Shown here piece after piece: positions 63,555-64,000 of a stretch of DNA of 64,000 nucleotides (position 1 is the stretch's first letter; each line of letters begins with the position of its first letter). The notes beneath the pieces were generated by a model, which had not been told where the DNA came from, did not search any database, and worked only from the letters and a program-made list of their open reading frames with translations. A program made the position numbers and the translations under genes. Location of the stretch: assembly GCA_963785725.1 (NCBI GenBank), contig CAWAWS010000039.1:64001-128000 (forward strand), written 5' to 3'. The stretch is from an uncultured delta proteobacterium (GTDB lineage: Bacteria > Myxococcota_A > Polyangia > Palsa-1104).

Positions 63555-64000
63555 GCTCGTCCTTTGGCCGGCAATAGCGTCTCGTACAAGCGTCCCAAAT
63601 CGGTACACAAGCGCTCGACGCTGTAGGCGCGCAGGACCTCGCCGCGAATACGCGCGGCCCGCGCGCGGCTCGCGTCCGACAGCGCGCGCTCGATGGCGTC
63701 GGCGAGCGCGCTCGCGTCGCGCGCCGGCGCCAGCTCGCCGCGCGCCCCGTGCTGCAAGAGATCGGGCACGCCGCCGACCGCCGTCGCCGCCACCGGCACG
63801 CCCGACGCCATGGCCTCGATGAGCGCGACCGGCGTGCCCTCGTTCACCGACGACAACGCCAGCGCATCCAAGTCGGCGTAGATGCGCTCGAGACCTTGCG
63901 TCCAGCCGAGCAGGTGCGCGCGCGCCGTCAAGCCGCGGCCGGCGATCGCCGCCGTCACCTCCGCGAGCAGCTCGCCGCCGCCGACGAACACGAACTGCAC
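63551..64000 (-). CDS. GT4 glycosyltransferase, C-terminal part (runs off the window)
   Basis: SSVNEGTPVALIEAMASG, VGGVPD. Confidence 0.9.
   Translation of the reverse strand: MQFVFVGGGELLAEVTAAIAGRGLTARAHLLGWTQGLERIYADLDALALSSVNEGTPVALIEAMASGVPVAATAVGGVPDLLQHGARGELAPARDASALADAIERALSDASRARAARIRGEVLRAYSVERLCTDLGRLYETLLPAKGRA

Overview
The window looks like a composite of three unrelated DNA sources. (1) About 1-45225 is high-GC actinobacterial DNA, Acidimicrobiia-like by gene content (inference). It carries a P450, a GH114 hydrolase, an acyl-CoA ligase, a repeat-bearing amidase, a tkt-tal-gnd-pgl-fbiC-LOG run, a complete Pup-proteasome locus (trmI, ferredoxin, arc, dop, pup, prcB, prcA, pafA, tatB/tatC, helY), a double-domain ThyX, htrA, ppa, a MacB-type ABC system with two adaptors, and an ADH-SDR-sulfotransferase run cut off at the junction. 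At least 20 single-base frameshifts in about 14 genes here are most likely uncorrected long-read errors. (2) About 45226-46921 is a Gram-negative fragment (glgC 3' end, kdsA, kdsC). (3) About 46921-64000 is Myxococcota-like DNA: a Glt/Nfs-like cluster (gltD/E/F/G-like), then a secreted unknown protein, an OM beta-barrel, a short Wza, a WaaL-TPR protein and rmlBDAC, followed by further polysaccharide genes. The best candidates for something new are the Glt-like machine next to the polysaccharide translocon, an unannotated structured RNA at about 30285-30470, FO synthase appended to a zwf-less pentose-phosphate operon, and the two-adaptor ABC system with GGFGG tails. All calls come from motif recognition by eye; no searches or folding were run.
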